A stretch of 61,125 nucleotides of DNA, filler included, from Sandaracinaceae bacterium (GTDB lineage Bacteria > Myxococcota_A > Polyangia > Polyangiales > JADJQN01), in the NCBI GenBank assembly GCA_947483975.1. It is 11 parts of 11 records of this genome, joined end to end, with 100 filler letters (N's around TTAATTAATTAA, not from the genome) between each part and the next. Parts side by side here need not be neighbours in the genome. Positions count along the whole stretch, not along the records: positions 5,660 to 11,189 come from CANKOL010000348.1; positions 11,290 to 16,802 come from CANKOL010000349.1; positions 16,903 to 22,408 come from CANKOL010000350.1; 8 more parts are not named here. One strand, given 5' to 3'. The notes under the pieces were generated by a model, which was given only the letters and a program-made list of their open reading frames with translations, was not told the DNA's origin and did not search any database. How positions within the stretch are numbered: position 1 is the first letter of the stretch; each line of letters opens with the position of its first letter. Positions 9,024 to 17,835 of the stretch are shown in pieces. A program made the position numbers and the translations under genes.

Positions 9024-9737
9024 ATGCTCAGCCAGTCCGCGTCGCTCGTTCGTTCCCTGCTCGGTCGTCATCTCTTCTTCGGTCGTATGCCGCGCGTCGT
9101 CGGCGCCGTGCTCGCAGGCTCCGCGCTCGGCGCATCGCTCCTCGGCTGCGGAGGCGATCCGTCGCTCGCACCCGACGCGCCGTTCGCCATCCGCGTCGTC
9201 GACTACACGCCGGGCGCTGGCGGCGGCTTCGGCGCGGACAAGCTGCCGGACATCGTCCTCGGCGCGCCGCGCGGCGCCGGGCTGCGCTCGGGCTCGACCG
9301 ATGTGCTCTCGCTCGGCACGGGCGGCTCGTTGACGCTGGAGCTTGGGCTCGCGGCGGTCGATGGGCCGGGCACCGATCTGCTGATCTTCGAGAACGCGTT
9401 TCGAATCAGCGGCTCGACCGCGCTGTACGTCGAGCCCGCGCGGCTCGAGGTCAGCGACGACGGCACGACTTGGACGGCGTTCCCGTGCGACTCGCTCGCG
9501 GCGCCGTATGCAGGCTGCGCGGGGCTCGCACCCGTGCTCGCCAACGCCGACGCGAACGCGCTCGACCCGCAGGATCCGGGGGCGGCGGGCGGCGACGCGT
9601 TCGACCTCGCGACGATCGGGGTGGCACGCGCGCGCTTTCTTCGGCTGACGGACGCGGGGCACGGGCGCATGGACGGCGCCGGCACAGACGGCTTCGATCT
9701 CGACGCCGTCGCGGTCGTGCACGCCGAAGGTCAGTGA
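9024..9737 (+). CDS. Riboswitch-controlled cell-surface lipoprotein, putative B12-binding (BtuH-like domain)
   Basis: GAGG RBS; lipobox LLGC; motifs VVDYTPG, SLGTGG, DLLIFENAF, EP..LEVSDDG, GGDAFDL, GFDLDAV. Confidence 0.7.
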   Translation: MLSQSASLVRSLLGRHLFFGRMPRVVGAVLAGSALGASLLGCGGDPSLAPDAPFAIRVVDYTPGAGGGFGADKLPDIVLGAPRGAGLRSGSTDVLSLGTGGSLTLELGLAAVDGPGTDLLIFENAFRISGSTALYVEPARLEVSDDGTTWTAFPCDSLAAPYAGCAGLAPVLANADANALDPQDPGAAGGDAFDLATIGVARARFLRLTDAGHGRMDGAGTDGFDLDAVAVVHAEGQ

Positions 9738-11050
9738 GCGTGCGCGCGCTCTTCGCGCCCCGCGCCACAGGGGTGTTCGCCGGGGGTCTATTCGCCGCGG
9801 GGCTGGCGCTGCTCGGCGCGTGCGGCGAGAGCCCGCTCAACGAGTGCGCGCCCGCGCGGCTCGCCCCGCTCGCGCGGCCTGCGTCGTACGCGGTCGTCAC
9901 GACGGACTACACGGCGACGGCGGTCGCGCTGCTCGACGCGGACGGCGCGCTCCTCAGCGAGGCGTGGATCGACTCCGGCACGACCGCGACGGGGCTCGGC
10001 GCGACGCTCAACGGCGACGTCGTGATGCCGAGCACGCCGCTCCGAGACGGGCAGCTCACGCTGATCGATCGCTTCGTCACCGACGTCGTCACGCGCATCT
10101 CGCTCGCGGAGCCGACGCTGCGCGTGCAGGCCGAGGTGCGCGCCTCGCCCGCCTCGAGGAGCTGGTCGCCGAACCCGCACGACGTGACCGGGCGCGCGGC
10201 GACGGAGCTCGTGCTGACGCGCTTCGAGGCGAATTCTCTGCCCGGCGCGCCGCTGCTCGATCGCGGCGACGACGTCGTGCGCCTCGATCTCAGCTCGCGC
10301 GCGGTCGTCGCGCGGGTCGATCTCGCGCCGCTCGGCGCGGACGTCGGCGGCGAGCGCATCGGCGCCCGGCCCGATGGGCTCACGCGCGTCGGGACGCGCT
10401 ACCTCGTCGGGCTCGCGCGGCTCTCGCTCGACTTCATGCGCGCGGCGCCGGGCGCCGTCGCCCTCGTCGACCTCGACGCCGAGACGGCGAGCGCGGTGCC
10501 GATCGCCGGGCTCGAGTACTGCGGAGAGGTGCGCGCGCTCGAGGCGCCCCTCGCCGAGCCCGCGCCTGCCACGGGCGACGTCGACGTCGTCGTGCTCTGC
10601 CAGGGCGCGACGTTCGTCTCCGAGGCGGGGCGCAGGGCGACGGCGGGGCTCGCGGTGGTGCGCGTGCCGAGCCGCGGCGACGCGCGCGTGCTCAGCGTGT
10701 GGCGCGCCTCCGAGCACGAATCGCTTGGTAGTCCAACGAATCTGGTCGCGCTGCTCGGCGGCGGGCGCGCCCTCTACGCGGCGCGCGGCGAGGGGAGCGC
10801 GGGCACGACCGATCGCCTCGTCGCGGTCGAGCTGGCGACGGGCGAGGCGCAGACCGTGTACGTGTCGGAGCTGCGCTTTGCGCTGTTCAACGGCGCGTAT
10901 GACGCCGGGCGCGCGCTCCTGCTCGTGCCGGAGGCGGAGCGCGGCGTGCATCGCTTCGACGTCGGCGACGGCTTCGAGCTGCGCTCGCGCGACTTCGTCG
11001 ACACCTCGCCGTGCCGACGCTTGCCCGCGCGGCAGGTGAGCGCGCTCTAG
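9734..11050 (+). CDS. Lipoprotein, predicted beta-propeller (BtuG/YncE-like)
   Basis: GTGA overlap with the upstream gene; lipobox LLGAC; repeated blade-like strands (NPHDV, VVRLDL....VVARVDL, RPDGL, VALVDL). Confidence 0.65.
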   Translation: MSVRALFAPRATGVFAGGLFAAGLALLGACGESPLNECAPARLAPLARPASYAVVTTDYTATAVALLDADGALLSEAWIDSGTTATGLGATLNGDVVMPSTPLRDGQLTLIDRFVTDVVTRISLAEPTLRVQAEVRASPASRSWSPNPHDVTGRAATELVLTRFEANSLPGAPLLDRGDDVVRLDLSSRAVVARVDLAPLGADVGGERIGARPDGLTRVGTRYLVGLARLSLDFMRAAPGAVALVDLDAETASAVPIAGLEYCGEVRALEAPLAEPAPATGDVDVVVLCQGATFVSEAGRRATAGLAVVRVPSRGDARVLSVWRASEHESLGSPTNLVALLGGGRALYAARGEGSAGTTDRLVAVELATGEAQTVYVSELRFALFNGAYDAGRALLLVPEAERGVHRFDVGDGFELRSRDFVDTSPCRRLPARQVSAL

Positions 11051-11189
11051 GTGCGTGTCGGGCAAATAGTCGCGCCGGGGATCGACATCTGGATCGCGGG
11101 CCGTATTTGATAGCGCATGGCGAAGGGCTACCTGCCGTACGACATCGATCAGCGACTGCTTCTGCCGCCTGACCTGCGTGAGTGGCTGC
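11051..11189 (+). mobile_element. Left end of an IS1182-family insertion sequence (truncated by contig end)
   Basis: ATG 11117 opens MAKGYLPYDIDQRLLLPPDLREWL, a typical IS1182 transposase N-terminus. The candidate IRL GTGCGTGTCGGGCAAATA starts right after CTAG. The contig breaks here, as expected at a repeat. Confidence 0.75.
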
Positions 11190-11289
11190 NNNNNNNNNNN
11201 NNNNNNNNNNNNNNNNNNNNNNNNNNNNNNNNNTTAATTAATTAANNNNNNNNNNNNNNNNNNNNNNNNNNNNNNNNNNNNNNNNNNNN
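11190..11289. other. Artificial contig linker
   Basis: N44-TTAATTAATTAA-N44. Confidence 0.99.
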
Positions 11290-11593
11290 AGTCGAGGAAC
11301 GCGCCCGCGCGCGCGTCGTCGTAGCCGAGGCGCGAGTCGTCGACGAGCGGCTGCACCGTCGCGGCGCAGCGTGCCGCCTGCGTCGTCGCGCAGTCGTCGA
11401 GCGCGGTGTCGGGGAAGCACGCGCGGTCGGCGTCGCACACGAGGCTGACGAGCTTCGCGCAGAGGTCGCGCGACGCGGTCGGCGTGCCAGGCAGCGCGTC
11501 CGAGCAGCCGGCGAGCGCGGCGGCGAGCGCGACGCCGATGATGAACGACAACGCGCCCGGGGACCTACGGGCGCGGCGGGAGACAGCTCGCAT
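11290..11593 (-). CDS. Cys-containing lipoprotein (3' truncated)
   Basis: Signal peptide with lipobox LAGC; spaced cysteines. Confidence 0.6.
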
Positions 11594-11725
11594 CGACCGA
11601 TGAGTACGGGACTTCGCCGTTTTGCGTCAAGGTCCGCCGTCGCGCCGGTCGCGCGCTTTGCGCGAACCCAAGTCGCCGGAGACCGGCTCTCATCGGGGTA
11701 GCGGGCAACCCACGGAGGCTCACCC

Positions 11726-11998
11726 ATGGCGACTTCGATTCAAGAGATGCTCAAGGCCGGCGCGCGGGTCGTGGACGTTCGGACGGCCGAAGAATACGTC
11801 GACGGGCACTACCACTCGGCGGTCAACATCCCCGTGGCGGAGCTCGCCGGGCGCCTCGCAGAGCTTGGCGCGAAGACCGACTCGCTCATCGTGTACTGCG
11901 CGTCGGGAGCCCGCAGCGCCGCCGCCGCGCGCCTGCTGAAGACCTCCGGCTTCGTCGACGTGGTCAACGCCGGCGGCCTCGCCGACATGCCGCGGTAG
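11726..11998 (+). CDS. Single-domain rhodanese/sulfurtransferase (PspE/GlpE-like)
   Basis: GGAGG RBS; DVRT..EY..GH..AVNIP; active loop YCASGARS. Confidence 0.9.
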   Translation: MATSIQEMLKAGARVVDVRTAEEYVDGHYHSAVNIPVAELAGRLAELGAKTDSLIVYCASGARSAAAARLLKTSGFVDVVNAGGLADMPR

Positions 11999-12029
11999 CC
12001 GTGCCGCGAAGCCACGGAGAGCGCCGACC

Positions 12030-12260
12030 ATGAACACCCTCGGGACCGTCGTCGCCGCGTTCGCCTTCCTCGTCGTCGGGATGATGGCGGCGATGCAGGT
12101 GATGCTCCGGCGGCGCGTGCGCGCGATGAACGGAGCGCGCGTCCCGAGCCTGCCGGGGCCGATCGGCGAGCGCGTCGCCCTCAGCGTGATGGCGACGCCG
12201 AGCACGGTGGAGATCCGCGACGCGCCTTGCCCCCCGCTCCGGAGGGCGCAGGCTCTCTGA
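12030..12260 (+). pseudogene. Probable internally deleted membrane-anchored thioredoxin remnant
   Basis: GGAG RBS and N-terminal TM helix, joined directly to a thioredoxin-like C-terminal motif VMATPSTVEI, with no CxxC core. Confidence 0.45.
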
Positions 12261-12287
12261 GTTCGCTTCGCCTACCCGGAGAGCCCC

Positions 12288-12647
12288 TTGAATTCCCGCT
12301 CCGCCCGCTTGTGTGCCCTCGCCCTCTCGACCCTCGTCGCCGTCGCGCTCACCGCGTGCGGCGATGACGACGGCCCGACCCTCGACGCAGGCAGCGACGC
12401 GGCGACACCGCACGACGCGGGCAGCGACGCGGCGACACCGCTCGACGCGGGCAGCGACGCGGCGACACCGCTCGACGCGGGCAGCGACGCGCAGACCGAC
12501 GGCGGCCCTTGCATCGCGCTCTGCGAGTCTTGCTCGCTGTGGCCCTGCGAGACGCACTGCGGCCACGCGTGCACCGAGGCCGCGACGACCTGCGACGCCT
12601 TCTTGGCGTGCATCGCGGGCCCATCGCCCGACGCGGGCGCGCCCTGA
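12288..12647 (+). CDS. Small lipoprotein with DAGSDAATP repeats and a Cys-rich C-terminus
   Basis: GGAG RBS, TTG start, lipobox LTAC, eight Cys in the C-terminal domain. Confidence 0.65.
   Translation: MNSRSARLCALALSTLVAVALTACGDDDGPTLDAGSDAATPHDAGSDAATPLDAGSDAATPLDAGSDAQTDGGPCIALCESCSLWPCETHCGHACTEAATTCDAFLACIAGPSPDAGAP
12381..12491 (+). repeat. 30-bp coding tandem repeat, about 3.7 copies
   Basis: ctcgacgcgggcagcgacgcggcgacaccg units at 12381, 12411, 12441 and 12471 (partial). Confidence 0.95.
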
Positions 12648-12720
12648 AGCGCGGCGGCAAAGGCCGCCAACTCCCTATATTTCCTTGACTTCTCAGCGCC
12701 GCGACGCTTGTGTAGCGGCC

Positions 12721-13581
12721 ATGCATTCAGAATCTGCGCAGGCTCCGCGGCTCGAGAAGGCCGTCGCGTACGTGAAGAGCCAGACGAGCGTCGCGCCGGA
12801 GGTCGGGCTGGTGCTCGGCTCGGGCCTCGGCGGGTACGCGGACACGCTCGGCGACCGCGTGGTGCTGCCGTTCGCGCAGGTGCCCGGGATGCCGGTGTCG
12901 CGCGTCGTCGGGCACGCGGGGAACCTCGTGCTCGGCACCGTGGCGAGCGGCGCGCTCCGCGTCGCGGCGATGCAGGGGCGCGTGCACCTCTACGAGGGGC
13001 ACCCCGTCGCAGACGTCGTCTTCGGCGTGCGGCTGATGATCGCGCTCGGCGCCAAGACGATCCTCGTCACGAACGCCGCGGGCGGCATCAGCGAGGGGAT
13101 GGTCGCGGGCGACCTGATGCTGCTCGAGGATCACCTCAACATGACCGCGCAGAGCCCGCTGACGGGGACGAACGAGAGCGCGCTCGGCGTGCGCTTCCCC
13201 GACATGACGCGCGCCTACGATCCTGCGCTCGGCGCGCTCGCCGACGAGGTCGCCGCGGCGCAAGGCTTCAAGCTGCTGCGCGGCGTCTACGCGGGGATGC
13301 TCGGGCCGCAGTACGAGACGCCGGCGGAGGTGCGCATGCTGCGCACGCTCGGCGCGCACGCCGTCGGCATGAGCACCGTGCTCGAGACGATCGCGGCGCG
13401 GCATATGGGCGCGCGCGTGCTCGGCTTCTCGTGCATCACGAACGTCGCCGCGGGGCTCTCGAAGGAGACGCTCAATCACGCCGAGGTGACCGACACCGCC
13501 GAGCGCGTGAAGGGCCGCTTCATGGCGCTCCTCGAGGGCGTCCTCGTGGGCATCGCGGCGGGCAGAGGCGTCGCCGCGTGA
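12721..13581 (+). CDS. punA: Purine-nucleoside phosphorylase (trimeric type)
   Basis: LGSGLG, GHAG, QGRVHLYEG, TNAAGG, GPQYETPAE, VGMSTV.E, ITNVAAG. Confidence 0.95.
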   Translation: MHSESAQAPRLEKAVAYVKSQTSVAPEVGLVLGSGLGGYADTLGDRVVLPFAQVPGMPVSRVVGHAGNLVLGTVASGALRVAAMQGRVHLYEGHPVADVVFGVRLMIALGAKTILVTNAAGGISEGMVAGDLMLLEDHLNMTAQSPLTGTNESALGVRFPDMTRAYDPALGALADEVAAAQGFKLLRGVYAGMLGPQYETPAEVRMLRTLGAHAVGMSTVLETIAARHMGARVLGFSCITNVAAGLSKETLNHAEVTDTAERVKGRFMALLEGVLVGIAAGRGVAA

Positions 13582-13666
13582 GCGCCGCCGAGAAACACGG
13601 CAGCGTGAGCGCCGCCAAGGAAGACGGCCGCGTGAGCGCCGCCGAGGAAGACGGCAGCGTGAGCGC
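13578..13666 (+). repeat. 27-bp imperfect tandem repeat at the punA/cdd junction (3 full copies plus a partial)
   Basis: gtgagcgccgcc(g/a)ag(a/g)aa(c/g)acggc(a/c)gc units at 13578, 13605 and 13632, then gtgagcgc at 13659. Confidence 0.9.
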
Positions 13667-14096
13667 TCCTGCGTCGATCGACTGGGACGCGCTCGTCGCG
13701 GCGGCGACGGCAGCGCGCGCGAACGCCCACGCGCCCTACTCGCGCTTCCTCGTCGGCGCGGCGCTCCTCGCGGACGATGGGCGCGTCTTCGTCGGCGCGA
13801 ACTGCGAGAACGCGGCATATCCGCTCGGGCTCTGCGCAGAGCGCGGCGCGATCTCGGCGGCGATCACCGCCGGCGCGCGGCGCTTCCTCGCGTGCGTCGT
13901 GGTCACGGGCGGACCCGGCGCGGCGTCACCCTGCGGCGGCTGTCGGCAGGTGCTCGCGGAGTTCGGGCCGTCGTTCCCGGTGCGCTCTGTCGCGCTCGAT
14001 GGCAGCGGCGTGCTCGACAGCAGCGTCGCGGCGCTGCTGCCGCTCGCGTTCGACCCGGCGCAGCTGCCGACGAGCGACGAGAAGCGGCGAGCCTGA
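13578..14096 (+). CDS. cdd: Cytidine deaminase (homotetrameric CAE type); true start is one of GTG 13578/13605/13632/13659
   Basis: APYSRFLVGAAL, NCENAAY...CAERGA, PCGGCRQVL.EF, LLP.AF. Confidence 0.92.
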   Translation: MSAAEKHGSVSAAKEDGRVSAAEEDGSVSAPASIDWDALVAAATAARANAHAPYSRFLVGAALLADDGRVFVGANCENAAYPLGLCAERGAISAAITAGARRFLACVVVTGGPGAASPCGGCRQVLAEFGPSFPVRSVALDGSGVLDSSVAALLPLAFDPAQLPTSDEKRRA

Positions 14097-15439
14097 TGCC
14101 GGGCACAGGCATGGACCTCATCATCCGCGGCGGCACGCTCGTGACGATGGACGGCGCGCGCCGCGTGCTCACGGGCGATGTGCTCGTGCGCGGCAACACC
14201 ATCGTTCAGCTCGGGCGCCTGAAGACGCCGCCGCGGGGCGCGCTCGTGCTCGACGCGCGGGGCTGCGCGGTGATGCCTGGCTTCGTGCAGACGCACGTGC
14301 ACCTCTGTCAGGCGCTCTTCCGCGGCATGGCGGACGACCTGCCGCTGCTCGAGTGGCTCAAGCAGCGCATCTGGCCGCTCGAGGCGGCGCACGACGAGCG
14401 CTCCCTCTACGCGAGCGCGCGCCTCGGGCTCGCCGAGATGCTGCTCGCGGGCACGACGACCGTGCTCGACATGGGCACCGTGCACCACCACGACGCCGTG
14501 TTCACCGCGCTCGCCGAGTCGGGGATGCGCGCGTTCTCGGGCAAGGCGATGATGGACACGGGCGTCGGCGTGCCGAAGGGGCTGCGCGAGACGACCAAGC
14601 AGAGCCTCGCCGAGAGCGACCGCCTGCGCGCGCGCTGGCACGGCGCAGAGGACGGTCGGCTCGGCTATGCCTATGCGCCGCGCTTCATCCTCTCGTGCAC
14701 CGAGCAGCTGCTCTGGGGCGCCTCGGAGGCCGCGCACTCGACGCCGGGCGTGCTCCTGCACTCGCACGCCGCCGAGCACGCCGACGAGCGCAAGGCCGTC
14801 AAAGAGGCGCTCGGCAAGGACGACATCACCGCGCTCGCGGACTGCGGGCTGACGGGCGAACGCACGGTGCTCGCGCATGGAGTGCAGCTGCGCGCGGCCG
14901 AGATGCGCGGCCTCGCGAAGGCGGGCACGCGCTTCACGCACTGCCCGAGCGCGAACCTCAAGCTCGCGAGCGGCATCGCGGACGTCGTCGCGATGCGCGA
15001 GGCGGGGATGCTCGTCGGGCTAGGCGCCGACGGCGCGCCCTGCAACAACCGCATGGACCCGTTCACCGAGCTGCGGCAGGCGGCGCTGCTCGCGAAGGTG
15101 AAGCGCGGCGACGCGGGCGCGCTGAAGGCCGAGGACGCGCTCGCGATGGCGACGATCGACGGCGCGCGCGTGCTCGGCATCGACGGGCACACGGGCTCGC
15201 TCGAGGTGGGCAAGCGCGCAGATCTCGCGGTCGTGCGGCTCGACGCGCTCCACGCGGAGCCGGGCGGCGACGCCGTCGCGCGGCTCGTCTACGCGTGCAC
15301 GGCGAGCGATGTGCGGCACGTGCTCGTCGACGGGCGCGTCGTCGTCGCGGACGGCGAGCTGCGGACGATGGACAGCGACGCCGTGCGCACCGCCGCGCGC
15401 CGCGAGGGCGAGCGCGTCCGCAAGCGCGCCAAGCTCTAA
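14096..15439 (+). CDS. Amidohydrolase, 5'-deoxyadenosine/MTA-SAH deaminase family
   Basis: PGFVQTHVHLCQ, HSHAAE, AHGV, HCPSANLKLASG, LGADGAPCNN; TGATG overlap with cdd. Confidence 0.88.
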   Translation: MPGTGMDLIIRGGTLVTMDGARRVLTGDVLVRGNTIVQLGRLKTPPRGALVLDARGCAVMPGFVQTHVHLCQALFRGMADDLPLLEWLKQRIWPLEAAHDERSLYASARLGLAEMLLAGTTTVLDMGTVHHHDAVFTALAESGMRAFSGKAMMDTGVGVPKGLRETTKQSLAESDRLRARWHGAEDGRLGYAYAPRFILSCTEQLLWGASEAAHSTPGVLLHSHAAEHADERKAVKEALGKDDITALADCGLTGERTVLAHGVQLRAAEMRGLAKAGTRFTHCPSANLKLASGIADVVAMREAGMLVGLGADGAPCNNRMDPFTELRQAALLAKVKRGDAGALKAEDALAMATIDGARVLGIDGHTGSLEVGKRADLAVVRLDALHAEPGGDAVARLVYACTASDVRHVLVDGRVVVADGELRTMDSDAVRTAARREGERVRKRAKL

Positions 15440-15457
15440 TCTCGGCGGGAGGCGCGC

Positions 15458-15604
15458 ATGCGGGTCGACCGAGCGAGCCTGCGGGCGCAGTGCGAGGGCG
15501 ACTCCGAGGAGAAGCTCGCGATGATCGCGGCGAGCGGCGACTACTCCGACGAGGCACGCGCCGTCGCGCGCGACGGCGGCGCGTCTGGCGATGGCGCACG
15601 TTGA
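15458..15604 (+). pseudogene. 48-aa ORF, probable truncated gene remnant
   Basis: GGAGG RBS; MRVDRASLRAQCEGDSEEKLAMIAASGDYSDEARAVARDGG..., resembling the common small helical SDEEL...DYTDEA N-terminal module, then ends early. Confidence 0.35.
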
Positions 15605-15646
15605 CGCGTCCCTCCTGGGAGCGTAGCCAGCCACGCAGAGGCGCTC

Positions 15647-16780
15647 ATGAACACTCGATTTGCTCGGTTCGAGGTCGGTGTGGCGGGTGTCGCCGTGTTG
15701 CTCTCGTGCTCCCTCGCCGCGGCGTGTGGCTCTGATCCCACACCCAGGCCGACTTGTACGCCCGGCGCGTTCGTCAGCTGTGCTTGCCCGGGCGGAACCT
15801 CGGCGACGAAGACGTGCGACCCCTATGGCACCTATGGCGCGTGCCAATGCGAGTATCGGCTGGACGCAGGGCCCCTCGACGCTGGCGGCGGCGAGATGGA
15901 TCTGGGCACAGCGCCCGACCTCGGCGCAGCGCTCGACCTCGGCGTGGCTCTCGACCTCGGCGGGGCGCCCGACCTCGGCCCATTGATGTGCGACGAGGCT
16001 GGGCTCGCGACGGGCACGTCCTACCTCTACGTCATCAACCTCCTCTCGATCGCGGCTCCAGAGGGGACCGCCGACCCGCTCACCTCGGTCGGCTACGACC
16101 TCGACGGCGACTCCGTCGTCGCGTGCAACAGCCACTTCGCGGGCGACACGGCGGAGTTCGACGGCCAGGCGCCGGACTTCGGCAGCGGCATCGACAACGC
16201 CTTCGGCGGCGACCTCGGCGGCCTGTCGAACGCCGCGATTCAAGCGAGCCTCGACGAGGGCTCCAACCTGCTGTTCGTCGAGGTCCGCGGCGTCGACAGC
16301 CTGACGGACGACCCCTGCGTCGGCGTCACGCTCTACCCGGGCGCGCTCCCCGCCGGCATGACGGCGCCCGCGGTCGACGGCGCGGGGCACCTCGCCGCCG
16401 GCCAGAGCTTCAACCTCCTGCCCGCGACGTTCTCGGGCCTCGGGCGCATCGTCGGGGGTCGCGCGCGCGCCGCAGGCGGGGCGCTCCCGCTGCCGCTCCC
16501 CTTCCTCGGCGCGGCGCTCGCGCTCCCGCTGCGCCGGACTCAGGTCGGCTTCGACCTCTCGGCGAGCGCCGTCTCGCGCGGCGTGATCGGCGGCTCGATC
16601 ACCACGGCGGAGTTCATCGCCTCCGTCCGGGCGTTGCCTTCCCTCGCGATGTACGTCGACGTGGTCGACAGCACCTTCTCGAGCCTCGCCGACCTCGACG
16701 AGGACGGCACTCCCATCAGCTGTGAGGCTGGCTCGATCGCGCTGAGGTTCGACGGCGTGACGTCGCTCCGCGCGCCCTGA
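15647..16780 (+). CDS. Hypothetical lipoprotein (Cys-rich module, DLG repeats, DxDGD motifs)
   Basis: Lipobox LAAAC; CTPG..C.C....C..C.C module; four 18-bp DLG repeats; GYDLDGD, GIDN, DLDEDG. Confidence 0.7.
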   Translation: MNTRFARFEVGVAGVAVLLSCSLAAACGSDPTPRPTCTPGAFVSCACPGGTSATKTCDPYGTYGACQCEYRLDAGPLDAGGGEMDLGTAPDLGAALDLGVALDLGGAPDLGPLMCDEAGLATGTSYLYVINLLSIAAPEGTADPLTSVGYDLDGDSVVACNSHFAGDTAEFDGQAPDFGSGIDNAFGGDLGGLSNAAIQASLDEGSNLLFVEVRGVDSLTDDPCVGVTLYPGALPAGMTAPAVDGAGHLAAGQSFNLLPATFSGLGRIVGGRARAAGGALPLPLPFLGAALALPLRRTQVGFDLSASAVSRGVIGGSITTAEFIASVRALPSLAMYVDVVDSTFSSLADLDEDGTPISCEAGSIALRFDGVTSLRAP

Positions 16781-16802
16781 GGCGTCCTCGCCGCGGGGCG
16801 AG

Positions 16803-16902
16803 NNNNNNNNNNNNNNNNNNNNNNNNNNNNNNNNNNNNNNNNNNNNTTAATTAATTAANNNNNNNNNNNNNNNNNNNNNNNNNNNNNNNNNNNNNNNNNN
16901 NN
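16803..16902. other. Artificial contig linker
   Basis: N44-TTAATTAATTAA-N44. Confidence 0.99.
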
Positions 16903-17835
16903 ATCGCGCACCTGCGCGGCGCGCTCCGGTCGCGCGGCGCGGCTGCGCGCGAGCAGCTGCGCGACGAGCGTTTCGAGCTCCTGTGGCACCGACGGGTCGC
17001 CGCTCGCCTCCCGCAGCGTCGGCGGCGTCTCCGTGAGCTGCCGCGTGAAGAGCGCGGCGATGTCGGCGGAGTCGGCCCAGAGATGCCGCCCGGCGATCAT
17101 CTCCCAGAGGATCACGCCGAGCGCGTAGAGGTCGGCGCGCGCGTCGACGACCTCGCCGAGCGCCTGCTCGGGCGCCATGTAGCCCGGCGTGCCGATGATC
17201 GTGCCGACCCGCGTGAGCGCGTGCCTCGGCGGCGCGTCGGCGGGCGCGTCGGGCTTCTCCGGATCGGAGACGCGCGCGATGCCGAAGTCGAGCACCTTGA
17301 CGAGCTCCGTCCCGTCGTCGCGCGGCTCGAGGTGGATGTTCTCGGGCTTCAGGTCCCGGTGCACGATGCCGACCGCGTGCGCGGCGGCGAGCGCGTCGGC
17401 GACCTGCGCCATCACGTGCGCGGCGCGCGCCCAGCCCGCGCGCTGATGCTTCTCGAGCATCCCGCGGAGGCTCGGCCCCCGCACGAGCTGCATGACGAGG
17501 TACGCCCCGCCCTCCGGCAGCATCCCGTAGTCGAGCGCGCTCGCGACGTGCGGATGCTCGACCTGCGCCGTCGCCATCGCCTCGCGGGCGAAGCGCTCTG
17601 CGAGCTCGCCATCCCCCGCGAATTCTGGGTGAATGATCTTCAGCGCGACCTGCTTGCGCAGCTTCAGGTGCTCCGCGACGAAGACCGCGCCCATGCCGCC
17701 CTCGCCGAGCTTCTCGATCACGCGGTAACGCTCGTCGATGACGCGCCCGCGCCAGGCGTCGTCGGTCGTGCGCTCGCCGGAGTCAGCCTGCTTCGGCTCG
17801 GCCAGCTGCGTGGGGAGCTCGCCCGTCGTGCTCAC
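16903..17835 (-). CDS. Hanks-type Ser/Thr protein kinase (3' truncated)
   Basis: LGEGGMGAV, VALK, HRDLKPEN, DFG, GTPGYMAPE; GTG 17835 overlaps the PilZ stop. Confidence 0.95.

Noticed and set aside
12685..12720. TTGACT as a sigma70 -35 for punA
   Set aside because: No acceptable -10 hexamer at 16-18 bp spacing.
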